From assembly GCA_965112735.1 (NCBI GenBank), contig OZ218950.1, positions 744,001 to 808,000 on the forward strand: a stretch of DNA of 64,000 nt, read 5' to 3'. Shown here piece by piece: positions 1 through 9,940 of the stretch. The first letter of the stretch is position 1, and every line of letters begins with the position of its first letter. Below the pieces are notes generated by a model. It did no database searches. It was not told the origin of the DNA and saw only the letters and a program-made list of their open reading frames with translations. Made by a program: the position numbers and the translations under genes. The DNA comes from Phaeosaccion multiseriatum. Its lineage: Eukaryota; Protista; Ochrophyta, other classes.

Positions 1-872
1 AGCAGGGCCCTCCACACGCACGCACGCTCGCAGCGCCTTCCGTCCGCGACTCTTCTTCTCACTCGCCGTCACCATGCTCTCCTCCAGCACCGCCCACTCC
101 TCCTTCAGCTTGTCGCCATCATCATCCTTCCCTACTTCTCCTGAGCGATAGCGGCGGTAGGCAGACACAAAGCCTCGGATCGTGCTCTCCAGGCTCGCCC
201 CCTTCCTCTTTGTGCGCACAGCGAGGTGGGGCAGCAGCAACACTTTACTCCGCTCCACAGCCACCACCACGCCATTCGATAGCTCCCTGCCCCGACGGCC
301 GCAGAAGGCCGTGGCAGCATCAGCCCCGCCATCTTCCAGCCCTCTCCACAGGCCACAGGGCAGTTGAATCTCGTCCCCGACATGAAGCCCCAGCCCCGCA
401 AGCAAACCCACCCCATTCCCATCCTCCAGTGCCTCCTTCCTCTCCTCCCCTCCCCCAGGCATTGAAGGGGCGCATTTTGCCCTCTTCCTTCCTCTCCCAT
501 TGATGTCCTCCGCAGCTCCTCGCTTGGGCACAGGCGTACAACGGGCAATCTCCTCCTTCTGCTCCGCTCCCTCCCTCTTCACTCGTGCATGCCTCAGGCA
601 CATCCCATCTAGCTTCCGTTGCTTTTCGCACCCCTCAACAGTACACCTCTTCCGTACCACCACCGCTCCGTGAGCCAGGCAAAGTCCTCCTCGGACCCCT
701 ACCTTATCGCACCCCTCAACAGTACACCTCTTCCGTACCACCACAGCTCCATGGGCCTGGCAAAGTCCTCCTTGGACCCGCTGCTTGTCGCACCCCTCAA
801 CAGTACACCTCTTAACGACAGCTCCATGGGCCAGGCAAAGTCCTCCCTGTTGCGACTGCTTCTCGCACCCCT

Positions 873-3686
873 GCACAAGGCCGCGGCGAGGCTCAGCACA
901 AAGAGCAGAGACGGCCACCTCCCTCCCACACACGAGACCTTTCGACGCCTCCAGCAAGCGCACGTCGACGAGAGCCTCGAAGAGATCAACACAGCAGCAA
1001 CAGCAGCCAGGGAGTACGCCAGAACCCAGGTGCAGGAGCACCCCGAGAATGGCAACGACGTCACCAGAGAGGAGATCAGCACAGCCATGCTGCTGACCTA
1101 CCGGAGGGTCAACTACTGGAAGGGCCAAGGAGCAGACGGGCGCAGGGCGAGCCACGTCAAGTACCCCCCGGACAGCCCCCAGGAGTACGCAATCGTGGAG
1201 GCTCTGACTGACACCTACGAGCTGCTCCGAACGGGGGACACTCCACTGCCTCCACAGCTCGCCAAACGGTGGTTCAGCACCAGCGCCGCAGCCCTCGGCG
1301 AGAAAGCGCGTCCTGTGACATCCCCCAACCTCTACCGCAGCCTCGTGGAGAGCTGTCACATGAAGCTCATCGCGGACAGGGTGGGCCCAGAGCTCAGAAG
1401 CGCAGGACAGCTAGCGGTAGCGGTCAGAGGCGGAGGGGAAACACACGCCGCAGCAGCCCAGCTAGCGCACGATGCCGGCAAAACCGTCGTGCTGCATGAC
1501 ATCACCAAGGCCTACACCCGCGTGTCGCGTGCCAGAGGCGTCCTTGCCTCAGGCGCACTCCCTACCATCGACCCAGCAGGCATCAACTACGCCATCGCCA
1601 GCCTCTCCCACGCCTCCGCCCACAACGCCCTCACACCAGACGGCACCCAGACCATCCACCAGAGCTCCGGAGTCAACCAAGGAGCACCAGAAGGGCCTCT
1701 CATGTTCGCAGCCGCCATCCACCCAGTGCTGAAAGTTCAGAACACAGCCGACACCGCAGCGAACCGCCCCACCATCTCCGCCTACGCAGACGACCTCATG
1801 GACCAGCTGGAACCCGACGCACCCCTACAGACCTACGCCCCACGCCATGCCCATCTCCAAGCCCAATTCCGAGGCTTGGGCCTCGAGTTCAACGAGAGGA
1901 AAACGGTTTACCTCATGGGCAAAGGCAAGCAGCCAACACAGGCTGACAGGGACCACGCCCAACGGCAGGGCGCCACACTTGCCACCGAGGGTACCGTGGT
2001 AGCCGGCATCCCCGTCGGCACGGAGGAGTACATCGAAGAGTACCTCCGCAACATCCTCGGCCAAGAAGACCCCAGGGGCTACCTCCAACTCGCCAAACAC
2101 TGCAGCGAGTGGGACAACACCCAGGCGGCCACCCTCGTCCTCCTCCAATGCCTCCCAGCCAGGCTCACACACCTGGCGAGAGCCATTGACCCCTCCATCT
2201 TCCGACGCGCCCTCGGCAGCAGGGCAGACCGCACCAACAGGGCGACACTGGCCCACATCATGCGCCTCCCCGATGCCCCCCTCTGGAGCAGGCCGCAGAT
2301 GCACAAGAGGAGCCATGGACGGAGACACAGCGCCTACAAATGCATACGGCACGGCGCTTCGGCGGCCTCGGCCTCACCAGCCTCCACGACATCGCCCCAG
2401 CAGCATACCTTGGCAACAAGATGCTCACCCTCCCCCCCCTGCTCAGCCGCACCGCACGCCGGGACGGCTCCCAAGAGAGCGCCCTACCGGACCAGCTGTT
2501 CACCAACGGAGCCCTCAAGAGCGTCGCCGACAGCGTCAACCTCCTGCACGAGGAGGGGGTCCCTGAGGCCCCCCTCATCCAAGCAGTGGGTCAGGCACAG
2601 TTCGACGAGGCCCGCTCACGCGTACTCGAGCCGCCTGACCACCAAGCCCAAGACACAGCGCGACGCAACGTGCGCAGGAGCCATCAGGCAGGCCGTCAAC
2701 CGACCCACGGCGTCCAGAAGGCCCTCACCACCTTCATCCACAAACGCCGCCATGAGGAGCTGACGCAGAGCATCGCCACCATCGACGTCACACCGGCAGA
2801 GGCACAGAGGGGAGAGGAGACACAGGAAATGGCAACAGCCCGACTCCACTCACAGCGAGGAAGGGGCGCCATGGCCTTCCTCGGAGCGCTCCCCCACGGC
2901 CACAACACCATGGCCCCCGCAGAATGGACCATGGCCCTTCGTCGCAACCTCGGTGTCAACACGCCATACGCGGACCCGCCCCCACCCTGCCTCGGCACAG
3001 GCTGCGCCCGCACGGCAAGCACCACCCACGCCACCATCTGCCCCCGCACCGGCCTCCACAACCACACACACCACCTCCTCGTCAAGGCCTTCGGGAGGAT
3101 GATGCACAGCGTGGGCATTGGAGGAGCACGTGTAGAGGACCAGACCTGCTTCGACGGCCCCACGGGCACCCGCGCAGGCCGCGACCTACGCATGGATCTG
3201 ACCTATCCCGCAGGTAGCTTCCCGGGAGCGGACGCACCCCTGCGGAGAAACCTCCTCTGCGACATCACCGTCACCAACCCCACCGCCCCCACCCACGTGG
3301 GACGGGCCTCCACCACGCCAGGCCACGCAGCAGCCGCCGCCGAAGAGCGCAAGCGCATTCACTACCTGGGCAGTTTTCTGCCCGGGACTTCAACCCTGAA
3401 GTGCATTGCAATCGAGACGTACGGCAGACTGGGCCACCAAACGGACGAGCTCATCGAGGCGATGGCCATCCACAAGGCATCAAGAGGGCTCGGCCCCGCA
3501 GCGGCGGCAGCCACGGGCCCCATCAAGGGCCTCCTGCGCCAACAACTGTCCCTCGCCCTTCAACGCGCCCTCTCACAGCGGGAGATCAGGTATGGCACCC
3601 TCCTTCGAGCCACGATGACGCAGCACGAAGCAGCAGAAACCCTCGACTGGGGGCTCATGGGAGTCATCGACGGAGCGGCCGCCTGA
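873..3686 (+). CDS. Partial reverse transcriptase + CCHC knuckle + restriction-like endonuclease of copy A, one frameshift at ~2276-2281
   Basis: Motifs QLAVAVRGGGE, HDITKAY, GVNQGAPEGPLMF, YADD (1783-1794), GGLGL, C-x4-C-x7-H-x3-C and RMDL...DITV...AEERKR.HY...ETYG. A C6 run here is C7 in copy C. Confidence 0.9.
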
Positions 3687-4009
3687 GGAGCAGGAGTACA
3701 CCAGCCAGCAGACAGCGAGACCATCAGCACACAGCATAGCAACCACAGTTAGTCACGCCTTGTCACCCGCACCACCCACAGTAGGATAGTTCACATATCA
3801 CCTCCACCACCTCACTCCTTCCCACACCCCTTCATCTCCTCCTCCCCCCCTCACTCCCTTCCCATTCCCCATTATCCTCTACTCTACCACCCTTACCATC
3901 CTCTTCCCCTCCACATCACGCTCCATCAATACCACACATACACGCATCTACACATGGTTACAACTTACCTCGAGCGCTCCAATACTGAGCCCATAAGCTC
4001 TAATATACA
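873..4009 (+). mobile_element. 5'-truncated CRE-clade (RLE) non-LTR retrotransposon, copy A
   Basis: About 99% identical by eye to 29971-33107. Flanked by the direct repeat TCTCGCACCCCT (861-872 and 4010-4021), with CCT microhomology at the 5' junction. Ends TAATATACA. Confidence 0.95.
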
Positions 4010-4327
4010 TCTCGCACCCCTCAACCGTACACCTCTTCACCACAGCTCCATGGGCCAGGCAAAGTCCTCCCTGTTGCGACTGCTTATCGCACCCCTCAAC
4101 AGTACACCTCTTCCGTACCACCACAGCTCCATGGCCCTGGCAAAGTCCTCCTTGGATCCGCTGCTTGTCGCACCCCTCAACAGTACACCCCTTCACCACA
4201 GCCCCGTGGGCCAGGCAAAGTCCTCCCTGTTGCGACTGCTTCTCGCACCCCTCAACAGTACACCTCTTCACCACAGCTCCGTGGGCCTGGCAAAGTCCTC
4301 CCTGTCGCGACTGCTTCTCGCACCCCT

Positions 4328-4495
4328 CTCCCCCCTTCACTCCCTTCCCATTCCCCATTATCCTCTACTCTACCACCCTTACCATCCTCTTCCCCTCCAC
4401 CTCACGCTCCATCAATACCACACATACACGCATCTACACATGGTTACAACTTACCTCGAGCGCTCCAATACTGAGCCCATAAGCTCTAATATACA
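4328..4495 (+). mobile_element. 168-bp 3'-terminal fragment of the same retrotransposon, copy B
   Basis: Matches ~3842-4009 and has the same TAATATACA end. TSD TCTCGCACCCCT at 4316-4327 and 4496-4507. Confidence 0.93.
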
Positions 4496-5052
4496 TCTCG
4501 CACCCCTCAACAGTACATCTCTTCCGCATTCTCACAACTCCGCGCCCTTCAAACAATCCTCCTTGCACCTCCTTCGCGTTTCTTCAAAAGCATATAAGCC
4601 CTCCCCCGTGGACAAGAAGGCTCTTACAGCCCTTCCTTCACTGTCTGTCGTGGTCAAGAGGAGAGAGAGAAGTCGAATGTTTGTGTGCCAACTTGAAGGC
4701 CTCCAAGCCCGCGCATCGACTGAAGACCAAAGGAGGATAGATCCCCTTGCGTCCAGCCCAAGCGGTTTTGGACAAGAAGAGGACAGAAGGTTGTAAAAGA
4801 GAATATTCAAGACAGGGATGTGAGGGGAATACACTTCTTAGGGAGGAGAGGGAGAAAAAGAAGGAAGTGTGAAGGCCGGGGCCCAGGAACATGCGATCTA
4901 GTTTCAGTTTCAGCATAGTGGATCTGGACGAGGAGCCCAGCTCGGAGTCCCAGCGCAAACACTCCCCGAGGGATTCTTGGGGCTTTACGAGGCCCAAAGA
5001 CTGAGGACGATACAACGCTTGCCTTGTGTCAAGAACAAGAGCTTCCTCACGA

Positions 5053-5970
5053 CTACTCTTCCGGCTGCCCATCTGCTGCTATTGCCGCTGTATCACCAAC
5101 TGCTGTGTCACCACCACTGGCGAGGGCGGCCTTGTGATCATGGAGGTGTATAACGGCCTTCCCGTCGTCCACGTGTCCCTTCATCAGGCAAATTACCTCC
5201 CCATGCGGCCACGTGTTGCTCAGACCGGCCGCCAGCTGGGGCAGGATGGGATGGCAGTGGATGGGGATGGAGGGGGGGGGGGGGCAAAGGGGAAATAAAG
5301 GGGGGCGGGGGGGGAGGGGCGAAGGAGAGAGAGAGTGAGTGCTTTAACTTCGAGGTGGAAGAGAAGGACATGGAGGGAGAGACAGAGTTATCCCTCCATC
5401 ATACAACTGCCGACGGCTTAACGCTAAGCAGCTGGTGATACATGACATATGCTTAGCAGTTGGTGATACATTACATGCGCTAACATGAGTCTACCCAGGC
5501 TTAAGAAAGACTACCTCGCCAAGCAAGGAAGGAGCGCAGCGCGGCCCCGCACGGCCGTACTTCTCGCGGGCCATCCACTGCCATCCCCCTCCTCCTCCTC
5601 CTCCTCCTCCTCCTCCTCCTCCTCCTCCTCCTCCTCCTCCTCCTCCTCCTCCTCCTCCTCCTCCTCCTCCTCCTCCTCCTCCTCCTCCTCCTCCTCCTCC
5701 TCCTCCTCCTCCCACTGCCTCTCTACCCCTCCTCCTACGGCTCCTGCTGCTGCTAGTACTACCCCATTCGCCACCGATAGACGTGGATGTCCGGTTGGCT
5801 TTCAAGGCTGCCTGCCGCCTTCAAACCCCCTCCTCCTTTCTTGCTGGGCTGTTTCTGACTGCGGTAGATGGCAGCCGATGTGCGCACAAGCACCTGGAGC
5901 CATTGGTGCTCCAATAGGTGTGCTTCAGAGAACTCCGCGAGGGTCTGAATGGCTTTTGGGCAGCCTCGCC
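5053..5970 (-). pseudogene. Internally deleted, degraded copy of the 3' exons of the large EF-hand/ARM-like gene (unit 1)
   Basis: Homologous to 34252-34850 joined directly to 36310-36570 across a (CCT)n run. Confidence 0.75.
5588..5712. repeat. (CCT)n microsatellite at the deletion junction of unit 1
   Basis: Directly visible. Confidence 0.95.
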
Positions 5971-6020
5971 GTATGGAGGGAGGGAGGGATGGAGGGGGGA
6001 GGAGGAGGAGCGAGGAGGAG

Positions 6021-6960
6021 GGGGGAAATGTTGGAAGTGGCGGATTGCTATTGGGGATGTTGGAAGGCCTCAGATTAGATGGTCCATAAGTCAATGGCCC
6101 AGGCCCAGGCAGATACGGTGAGAACGGGTGGCGTAGCTCTCACTATCCAATGTGCGTAGATGGTCGTTTAGGACGAGCATGCGATAAGCTGTTAGAGGCA
6201 AGGCTGGCTGCTAGGCTGGCTTTGGGGTTGCTGTTACCTTGTCCGTGTGTCTAGTTCCATCCTATCTGTAGGCGACAGCGCATGTCGTTTTACACGACGG
6301 GGAGGTCGGGGTAGGGCGGGAGCCGGAGCTGGCGCGGATAGTGAAGATGAGGTGGCGTAAGGCCAGCCACAGGGCAGCCACTCCGGCGCGAGTACTGTGT
6401 ACGTTGGGCTGTACGGGAGGGCGGCAGTTATCAGACGTGGGAGGCACCAGTGGGACGATTGGCTCTTGCGGCGCGGAGAGAGGGCGGCAATAGAGGCATT
6501 CGAGGACTCTTTGGCGCCAGGGGCGTTGGACCCGGGAGTACAGCGCAAGCGTGGGCAGCGGTCTAAGCGAGAGCGCACCGTGCGCGCCATGTTGCACGAG
6601 AAGTGGGGGATGGGCATCGCTGCGGAGACGGCGCAACATTTGGGGTTCTAGACCGTGAGGTGGTGGTCGAGGAGGGGGGATAGGTATAGGGGATGTTGGA
6701 AGGTCACGGGATAGGCATTGGTGGGGATGTTGGAAGGTCACGGGATAGGCATTGGGGATTTTGGAAGGCCTCAGATGAGATGGGCCGTGATTTCAATGGT
6801 CGGTGTGTCCTATATTACGTTGATTCTGAGTGGCAACCAACGGGCCGCTCAGTGTAGGTAAACTTGGTAAGGAGAGCCTAGCTGCAGGGCTTGCAAACGG
6901 CTTCCATCCCGGCTAATAAACCGAGTGTTACCAATTGTCGACTCAAGTCGCTTTTACGAA
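6021..6960. other. Segment unique to the U1/U2 boundary, with short direct repeats; origin unknown
   Basis: No counterpart in the other units. GGGGAT(G/T)TTGGAAGG occurs at ~6053, 6689, 6723 and 6753. Bounded by (GGA)n runs. Confidence 0.6.
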
Positions 6961-7474
6961 AAGAAGGAGGAGCAGGAGGAGGAGGAGGAGGAGGAGGAGG
7001 AGGAGCTTGAGGAGGAGGAGGAGGAGCAGGGGGGGGAGAGGAGCAGGAGGAGGAAGGAACCGGAGGAGCGATGCGCAACAGCGTGTCTATGGATGATTCA
7101 GGGATTAGTAGCAGCTCCTCGCACTCTCAGGAGGATGCTGGTGCCGGGCCCGTGCTGGGCAGTGCTGACTCGGAGTGAGCCTCTACCTCGCGCGAACGAA
7201 ATCTTGAGCCCGCATTTACACTCTTGTTTGTAAAGAAACTCACCACTGCACGTAGAAATATATATATCAAAATTCACACACAGCACATTCAGAAGCTCCC
7301 AAGTCACAGTTACTCGGCCCCTTCCACAGCAGTGAAGCGATGTGGGTGGCGACTGTTTTCATCAAGGTCCATCACGTGTATTGACTTACTCTACTCTTCA
7401 CGCCCATTGCACACACCAAGCCTCAAGCTTCACCACGGCGAAGGCGATACGGCGGACGGAAGGCCATCGGGTCA

Positions 7475-8614
7475 CTAAATCCCAAGTCCCGAGGTATCAG
7501 CAGCAGGGCCCTCCACACGCACGCACGCTCGCAGCGCCTTCCGTCCGCGACTCTTCTTCTCACTCGCCGTCACCATGCTTTCTTCCAGCACCGCCCACTC
7601 CTCCTTCAGCTTGTCGCCATCATCATCCTCCCCTACTTCTCCTGAGCGATAGCGGCGGTAGGCAGACACAAAGCCTCGGATGGTGCTCTCCAGGCTCGCC
7701 CCCTTCCTCTTTGTGCGCACAGCGAGGTGGGGCAGCAGCAACACTTTACTCGGGCCCACAGCCACCACCACGCCATTCGATAGCTCCCTGTCCCGACGGC
7801 CGCAGAAGGCCGTGACAGCATCAGCCCCGCCATCTTCCAGCCCTCTCCACAGGCCACAGGGCAGTTGAATCTCGTCCCCGACATGAAGCCCCAGCCCCGC
7901 AAGCAAACCCACCCCATTCCCATCCTCCAGTGCCTCCTTCCTCTCCTCCCCTCCCCCAGCCATTGAAGGGGCGCATTTCGCCCTCTTCCTTCCTCTCCCA
8001 TTGATGTCCGTCGCAGCTCCTCGCTTGGGCACAGGCGTACAACGAGCAATCTCCTCCTTCTGCTCCGCTCCCTCCCTCTTCACTCGTGCATGCCTCTTGC
8101 ACATTCCCCCTTGCTTCCGTTGCTTTTCGCACCCCTCAACAGTACACCTCTTCCGTACCACCACCGCTCCGTGAGCCACGCAAAGTCCTCCTCGGACCCG
8201 TACCTTATCGCACCCCTCAACAGTACACCTCTTCCGCACAGCTCCATGGGCCTGGCAAAGTCCTCCCTGTTTCGACTGCTTGTCGCACCCCTCAACAGTA
8301 CACCTCTTCACCACAGCTCCATGGGCCTGGCAAAGTCCTCCTTGGACCCGTACCTTATCGCACCCCTCAACAGTACACCTCTTCACCACAGCTCCATGGC
8401 CCTGGCAAAGTCCTCCTTGGATTCGCTGCTTGTCGCACCCCTCAACAGTACACCCCTTCACCACAGCCCCGTGGGCCACGCAAAGTCCTCCCTGTTGCGA
8501 ATGCTTCTCGCACCCCTCCACAGTACACCCCTTCACCACAGCCCCGTGGGCCAGGCAAAGTCCTCCCTGTCGCGACTGCTTCTCGCACCCCTCAACAGTA
8601 CATCTCTTCCGCAT
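7475..8614 (-). CDS. Zinc-finger repeat protein copy 2 (7 WRKY19-like/GCK fingers + ~200 aa C-terminal region), 379 aa
   Basis: Intact ORF from the ATG at 8614 (the ORF track uses an upstream GTG at 8653). Repeats read CTVEGC(E/D)KxxxxGGLCxxHGAV; a basic NLS-like KR-x10-RKRAK follows. Confidence 0.88.
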   Translation of the reverse strand: MRKRCTVEGCEKQSRQGGLCLAHGAVVKGCTVEGCEKHSQQGGLCVAHGAVVKGCTVEGCDKQRIQGGLCQGHGAVVKRCTVEGCDKVRVQGGLCQAHGAVVKRCTVEGCDKQSKQGGLCQAHGAVRKRCTVEGCDKVRVRGGLCVAHGAVVVRKRCTVEGCEKQRKQGGMCKRHARVKREGAEQKEEIARCTPVPKRGAATDINGRGRKRAKCAPSMAGGGEERKEALEDGNGVGLLAGLGLHVGDEIQLPCGLWRGLEDGGADAVTAFCGRRDRELSNGVVVAVGPSKVLLLPHLAVRTKRKGASLESTIRGFVSAYRRYRSGEVGEDDDGDKLKEEWAVLEESMVTASEKKSRGRKALRACVRVEGPAADTSGLGI

Positions 8615-9062
8615 TCTCACAACTCCGCGCCCTTCAAACAATCCTCCTTGCACCTCCTTCGCGTTTCTTCAAAAGAATACAAGTGCTCCCCCGTGGACAA
8701 GAAGGCTCTTACAGCCCTTCCTTCACTGTCTGTCGTGGTCAAGAGAAGAGAGAGAAGTCGAATGCTTATGTGCCAAGTTGAAGGCCTCCAACCCGCGCAT
8801 CGGCTGAAGACAAAGGAGGATAGATCCCCTTGCGTCCAGCCCAAGTCTTGGAGAAGAGGAGGAGAGAAGGTTGTAAAAGAGGGTAATCAAAAGAGGGAAG
8901 AGAGGGGAATATATTTCTTAAGGGATGGGAGGGAGAGAAACAAAAAACAAAACGAAGGCGCTGTATATTTTTCAATTTACAGCTTATTGGCTCTGGACGA
9001 GGAGCCAGCTCGGAGTCCCACAGAGCTCCCCCCGGCAAACACTCTCCGAGGGGTTTGGGGCT

Positions 9063-9898
9063 TTACGAGGCCCAAAGACTGAGGACGATACAACGCTTGC
9101 CTTGTGTAAAGAACAAGAGCTTCCTCACGACTACTCTTCCGGCTGCCCATCTGCTGCTCGCGTCTGCTGCTACTGCCGCTGTATCACCAACTGCTGTGTC
9201 ACCACCACTGGCGAGGGCGGCCTTGTGATCATGGAGGTGTGTAACGGCCTTCCCGTCGTCCACGTGTCCCTTCATCAGGCAAATTACCTCCCCATGCGGC
9301 CACGTGTTGCTCAGACCGGCCACCAGCTGGGGCAGGATGGGATGGCAGTGGAGGGGATGACGGGACGGGGGGGGGGGGGGCAAAGGGGAAACAAAGGGGG
9401 GCGGGCGGGGAGGGGCGAAGGAGAGAGAGGATGAGTGCTTTCACTTCGAGGTGGAAGAGAAGGACATGGAGGGAGAGAGAGAGAGAGTTATCCCTCCATC
9501 ATACAACTGCCGACGGCTTAGCGCTAAGCAGGTGGTGATACATAGCATATGCATAGTAGTTGGTGATACATTACATGCGCTAACATGAGTCTACCCAGGC
9601 TTAAAGAAAGACTACATACCTCGCCAAGGAAGGAGGGCAACGCGGCCCCGCACGTACTTCCCGCGGGCCATCCACTGCCATCCCCCTCCCCCTTCTCCCC
9701 CTCCTCTTCCTCCTCCTGCTCCTCCTCCTCCTCCTCCTCCTCCTCCTCCTCCTCCTCCTCCTCCTCCTCCTCCTCCTCCCCCGCCCCTGTGTCCACGCTC
9801 TCGGTGACCATGGTCTGTCCCCCCGCAGCAACGCTGTCGGCCACACGCGCGAGGGCTTCCCAGAAGTCGAACAGCGTCAGGACTCCGTTCTGGGGTGG

Positions 9899-9940
<42 letters not shown>

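Larger units (their letters stand above)
1..4529 (-). pseudogene. Zinc-finger repeat gene copy 1 (8 fingers), interrupted by two retrotransposon insertions; 3' end runs off the window
   Basis: ATG at 4529 (MRKRCTVEG). Repeats lie at ~590-872, 4010-4327 and 4496-4520. The C-terminal region 1-590 matches copies 2-4. It may still be expressed if the insertions are spliced out. Confidence 0.85.

Noticed and set aside
619-2763. 714-aa ORF apparently fusing repeats to RT (DGR- or retron-like arrangement)
   Set aside because: It is the antisense finger frame joined by chance (1 in 3) to a 5'-truncated element at 872/873. The RT is non-LTR type with an RLE, and the repeat variation is not adenine-specific.
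3842-4495. Direct repeats 3842-4009 and 4328-4495 read as LTRs or as a local duplication
   Set aside because: The second copy has its own perfect 12-bp TSD at the canonical target site and a truncated 5' end, so it is an independent insertion.
8120-8610. CRISPR-like pattern of a constant ~21-bp core with ~55-bp variable intervals
   Set aside because: The intervals are homologous to each other, all lengths are multiples of three and they encode zinc fingers. There are no cas genes and the context is eukaryotic.
8090-9082. Long plus-strand ORFs over the finger arrays (APLNSTPLHHSS repeats; also 13958-15169, 19953-20816, 33052-33744)
   Set aside because: These are shadow frames of a stop-poor repeat; the minus frame carries the conserved Cys/His pattern.
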